Below, piece by piece: positions 59,108 to 64,000 of a stretch of 64,000 nucleotides of DNA. Under the pieces are notes generated by a model, which did no database searches, was not told the origin of the DNA, and worked only from the letters and a program-made list of their open reading frames with translations. Source of the stretch: Eledone cirrhosa (lineage: Eukaryota); NCBI GenBank assembly GCA_964016885.1, contig OZ024742.1:346146001-346210000 (forward strand), written 5' to 3'. The position numbers and the translations under genes were made by a program. Position 1 is the stretch's first letter; each line of letters begins with the position of its first letter.

Positions 59108-60079
59108 TAATTATACACACACAGATATATATATGTATGTGTGTATCTATATATATATATATAAATATATACACACACACACATACATATGTATATATAA
59201 GGAAACAAGATGGTAGAGCGTAGGAAGATAGACATAATAGAATAATATATCTAACAAAAAATCAATGGGTATTACGTTCACTTAAGATGTTGCTTTGATC
59301 AATCTCTGATCAATAAATTTAACAAACACAGAACATTGAACATAACAGGCAACAGCAGTGAATAATGTGATCGGAAACAAAGAAAAGCAATGACAGTGGT
59401 GCTGAAAACATATATATATATATGCGCGTGTGTGTGTGTGTGTGTGTGTGCGCGCCCGTGCGTGTGTGTATATATTTGTATATATATATAAATATAGGTA
59501 GGTGTTTGTGTGTGTGTGTATTTTTTCCGATTATTAGGAAACTCTATATTGGTGTGCGTGTATATATATGTATATATAGATTGATGAATAAATATATATA
59601 AGTAAATATATACACACACATACATACATACACACACACACACATATATATATATACATATACATATATATACATATACACATACACACAACGATTGTGT
59701 TGTTATTTCTGTTATTATACATATATATATATAAAACTATGGCCATCTCAAGCAAATATTTTCTATGTATCGAAACTGAACCAGAGGTCTACCAGTCTAC
59801 CAGTCTACCAGACACATCCAACGCTACACATTATGTAAAAGCAATCTCATCCTTTAGAACCATACCCAAAGTTCCTCCCAACTTAACAATAACCAACCCT
59901 CCAGTAACTATGGGTATGTGTACGACGAACGTCCTCTGTCTGCAGCCGTGGTATTACGTTGTTTCTACATAACTCAGTAGCGACCACTATCCTACAGTTC
60001 ACACCTATGCAGATTTAGCTGGCCTCCTCCAATGTATATCTCGTTGGAGATGTCTTGGGTGACTTAATGATAGGGACCC

Positions 60080-60232
60080 CAGTCCTATCATCTCATTTCT
60101 ACAGCTGAGTAAGCTGGTGCAACGTGAAATAAAATGTCTTGTTCAAGGAAACAACACATCACCCGGTTCGAGAATTGAACTCACAACCTTACGATTGCAA
60201 GCCCAATGCTCAAACCACTAAGCCATGCGCCT
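60080..60232 (-). mobile_element. tRNA-derived CORE-like SINE
   Basis: Minus strand ggcgcatggcttagtggttt...gagttcaattc...ccttgaacaagacatttta. Confidence 0.65.
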
Positions 60233-60554
60233 TCACACTATCCTATTACGAAATCAACATTGCAATCACACATAATGAGAAGAATCATCAAAAATTAGCT
60301 CAATGAATAACAACTGCTACAAACCCGCTCCCTGAAATAAACTTCTCGTTTAAAGATAAAAACTAAAACCGCGTATATCGAGACCTTGTGAATTTCATTT
60401 AACCTAATCTCAATCCTTAATGATCAGATATATCCGATTAAATTTAAATGTCATTAAACCACATCTCCGACCAAACAGTTAAATAACCCCTAACCATTAA
60501 GGTTGCTTGTTGTGGGGATAGGATTAGCAGATCTTGTTGATCTTGTTGAGCATA

Positions 60555-60825
60555 TCAATTCACCCAGGGCCGCGGCGTGGACGCTCCTATCTTGACCCAT
60601 GTTCGTGCAAAATGGGGATATTTAAAGGATGGGGACGTTGTGTGTGACTGCGGCATCGAACCACAGACTACGCAGTACCTCCTGATATTCCCCCTGCTGG
60701 AACACCCCTGCACAGCATTTGACTTGACAGAGTTTAATGAGAAAGAACAGCAATGTGTTAAGCTGTGGCGGAACCACATCTAGCCAAGCTCAGTAACTTA
60801 CACTCTTGTGGACATGATAAGAAAA
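60555..60825 (+). mobile_element. 3' fragment of a LINE (Ingi/Vingi-like Zn finger end)
   Basis: KWGYL...CDCG.EPQTTQYLL..P followed by a short 3'UTR. Confidence 0.55.
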
Positions 60826-61785
60826 CCATAACGAAATGAAGTTGTAGGCTCAACAAAGAGAGAGAGTCGTACGGGCGGTGTATTGACATACGGCATTTCT
60901 AGGGTATTTTAAAACCTGGCGGAGCCCAACTCCTCTACAGCTCTGAATACAGCAGATTTCTTCCAGCGAATAATAGAGAAGGGGAGAATTAAAATGAGAA
61001 AAAGATATACAGTGTTTCTGTTAGTTCGTAATAAAACATATGTTGATAGTTTGTATATGTATATTCCTGTAACTCCCGGGGGAGTCGTAGGAGGAGGGGG
61101 TGTATTGACATACGGCCTTTCTATGGCACTTTAAAACCTGGCGGAGACCATCTCCTCTCCAGAAAATAATAGAGAGGGAGAGAATGGACAAGAGAAATAG
61201 ATATAGTGGAAAAATCGACCACTGTACTAGACTAGTACTTTTTTTTATCGACCTTGAATTGATGAAAGACAAAGTTGACCTCGGTGGGATTTGAACTCAG
61301 AGAGTAGAAAGCCGAAACTAATACGATAAAGCATTCTATCCGCCTAACAAATAAAGAACCGAATTAAAACTAAATAGAAATGTACACTAAACAACAGGAA
61401 TAAACCATCCACCTCCATCTTCTATTGATAAAACTTATTAGATCGTGTTTGGACCGAGATTGAAGGGGAAATGAAACAGCACGGAACAACAAACAATAAA
61501 TTATAAATTATAATACTGTCCGCGAGAATGCTTTTGCGGTCTTGTCCGTGGGGAGCAGCGGTTCTACCCCCTTGCCCTAGACCCAAAACCCAATCACCCC
61601 CTATTTCACCCTTCCCCTCTCTTCTGCGACACCAGAGCTCTTGCCATCCCCTCACATTCCCGTTCTTTTATATTTTCCTTTCTTTTTATCTTTTACTCTA
61701 TATTTCCCTATTCTTTTTTTCTTTTGTTTCCTTTTCTTTTTTTATTATTGCCGTTATTATAGTTGTCATTATTAATATAATAAAT

Positions 61786-62390
61786 ATGGCGGTGGATTGG
61801 CAGTATCGGTAGAGGGTCGGACGCCATACTTTGTAGTATAGAGTTACCTCCCTTTATGATCTGAGTTCAAATCCCACCGAGTTTGCCTTTCATCCTTACA
61901 GGGTCGATAAAATAAAGTACCAGTCACGCAATGGGGTCGATTTAATCGACTTCCCTTTACCCCAAAATTTCTGGCCTTGTGTCTATATAAGAAACCATTG
62001 GTGAATTGGCAGTACTGGTAGAGGGTCGGACATGCTTTCCAGCGTAGTTACGTCCCTTTACGATCTGAGTTCAAATCCCGCCTAGGTTTACTTTGCCTTT
62101 CATCCTTACGGGGTCGATAAAATAAAGTACCAGTAATGTACTGAGATAATTGCTGGCCTTGTGCCAAAAGTAGAAACAATTATTAATATAATAAATAGTG
62201 CAGTGGATTGGCAGTATCGATAGAGGGTCGGACGCCATGCTTTGTAGCATAGAGTTACGGCACTTTATGGTTTGAGTTCAAATCCCGCCGAGGTTTTCTT
62301 TGCCTTTCATCCTTATGGGGTCGATAAAATAAAGTACCTGTAATGCACTGGTATAATTGCTGGCCTTGTGCCAAAAGTAGAAGCTGTTAT
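61786..62390 (+). mobile_element. Three tandem tRNA-headed SINE copies
   Basis: Each has tggcagta(t/c).g.tag (A box), gagttcaaatccc (B box) and gcctttcatcctta..gggtcgataaaataaagtacc. Confidence 0.85.
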
Positions 62391-62833
62391 TTATATAATA
62401 AATGTTTTTAAATAGGTCAAATAATTAAAATAAAATAAAACAGTAATTCACCTGTGGAGCCACAAGCGTGTGTTTGATTAGCATGGATTCATTCATATTT
62501 TAAGTCAACAACACGCCTCGATAGAAATTAAACGAATGAAAGAAAGACATTTTATCACTCGCAACTAATTAAAATTAAATTAACATTATATCTTATCTCA
62601 AACATGAAACATTCCCAGTTTCTAAATTATACATTTTTATATTAGGTTGTAACGAAAATGTTGTCCATTCCAATAAAACAAAAAAAAAATACCATATCAG
62701 ATGTATTTAACCCTAACCCTAACTCTAACCCTGACCTCAAATCTCTGAGACTCACAGAGGAGATTATGAAGAAACGCGGCAGGTGGGAAAAATGGTGTGT
62801 TCAGAAGGACCCATTCAACCCATGTAATAATTA

Positions 62834-62916
<83 letters not shown>

Positions 62917-62940
62917 TAAAGGTGTGACACACGAGTTGTG

Positions 62941-63020
62941 ATATATTGGTAAAAAGGAAAAGAAAATGCTGACAAATGTTTCACTGGGAAAAATTTGTCA
63001 GCATTTTCTTTTCCTTTTTA

Positions 63021-63029
<9 letters not shown>
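62941..63029. repeat. Mini fold-back next to (TA)n
   Basis: atatattggtaaaaaggaaaagaaaatgctgacaaat / atttgtcagcattttcttttcctttttaccaatatat. The minus strand apex reads GAAAC-attt-GTC. Confidence 0.8.
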
Positions 63030-63096
<67 letters not shown>

Positions 63097-63225
63097 AAGA
63101 AAGATGGATAGAAAGAGAGAGAGAGGGGGTGAGTTAGTTCCAAATTAGTAAACCACACTCGAGGACACGCGTTTTACCGATTTTCAACTTAAGTGAGGTT
63201 GCGCTGAAAACGGATAAATGGAAGC

Positions 63226-63312
<87 letters not shown>

Positions 63313-64000
63313 TAAGTATGTATACGTACATACGTATATGTGTACAGACGTACAGTAGTATGTATATATATACATACATGCACACATATATATATGTACG
63401 TATGGGTTTGCCGAACACTTATTATAATGTTCGGTTTGTTTGTAAACAAACAGCCCGAATTACGCCGTAGAGTGCTCGGCAACCATCGTCGCCCTTTTGT
63501 TCAACACTGACACAGGAACGATGTACTAGTTTCAAGCTTATTAGCTATCGTCAACATCGTATACCTTTCTGTCAGATGATTGAACGTTTGAAAGTATATA
63601 CTTTCCTTATGCATATTAACGGCTAGGCAGCCTAATTTGCATATCGAGTGAGTTAGTCGGCCGGGCGTACCGAAAACGATAAATGCAAAAGAATGAAACG
63701 AAATTTCATTTCTCACTCTTAGTACGGCTGATACATATATATATATATATAGTAATAATAATAACTTTGAAGACTAAAATCCAAAGAGGGCTCGATAAGG
63801 AAAATATATATCAAATATATAAGAACCGTAGAGCAAATATTTATTAAAATAACAGATTAAAGTTTAAGCAAAGAATCGCTGCTTTCACCCTTAACGGGAT
63901 CTTCTGAAACTAACAAAGTCAATCTGTAAACGCAGAACTGGATATTTCAAAAAACGTTGCAACCGGAGGAAGACAGGAAGACGATACTTTGGTTCGTGGT

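Noticed and set aside
62708-62736. (TAACCC)n telomere-like repeat
   Set aside because: Only ~4 imperfect units; too short to support a telomeric or EN-less PLE interpretation.
63865-63910. Minus-strand CAGAAGA-tccc..gggt-GAAAG HHR-like motif (similar weak motifs at ~36995-37040 and ~47535)
   Set aside because: Core and cleavage-site mismatches, and no stem I.

Overview
Repeat-saturated, AT-rich eukaryotic (non-bacterial) DNA with no recognisable host gene. The microsatellite density and SINE family suggest a cephalopod or other mollusc, probably an octopus; this is inference only. Almost all short ORFs in the track are translations of (TA)n/(CA)n/(CATA)n tracts. Real coding content is decayed retrotransposons: a head-to-tail array of four Tx1/L1-clade LINE copies sitting in (TATC)n, two Penelope-like elements (PLEs; one with inverted pseudo-LTRs, one forming a 3.36-kb near-perfect palindrome), an RTE fragment, R4/Dong-type RLE elements bordered by (CATA)n, tRNA-headed SINEs and DNA-transposon MITEs. 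The most striking unannotated signal is about 20 minimal type-I hammerhead ribozyme (HHR) motifs, folded by eye. They lie in PLE pseudo-LTRs and in many ORF-less fold-back or tandem elements embedded in (TA)n. Two of these elements have circularly permuted ~466-nt and ~597-nt units, several HHRs carry the compensated U3-A8 core, and several mini-hairpins fold back at the HHR 3' half. Together they look like a diverse population of PLE-mobilised, retrozyme-like non-autonomous elements. All coordinates were read manually and may be off by a few bases.
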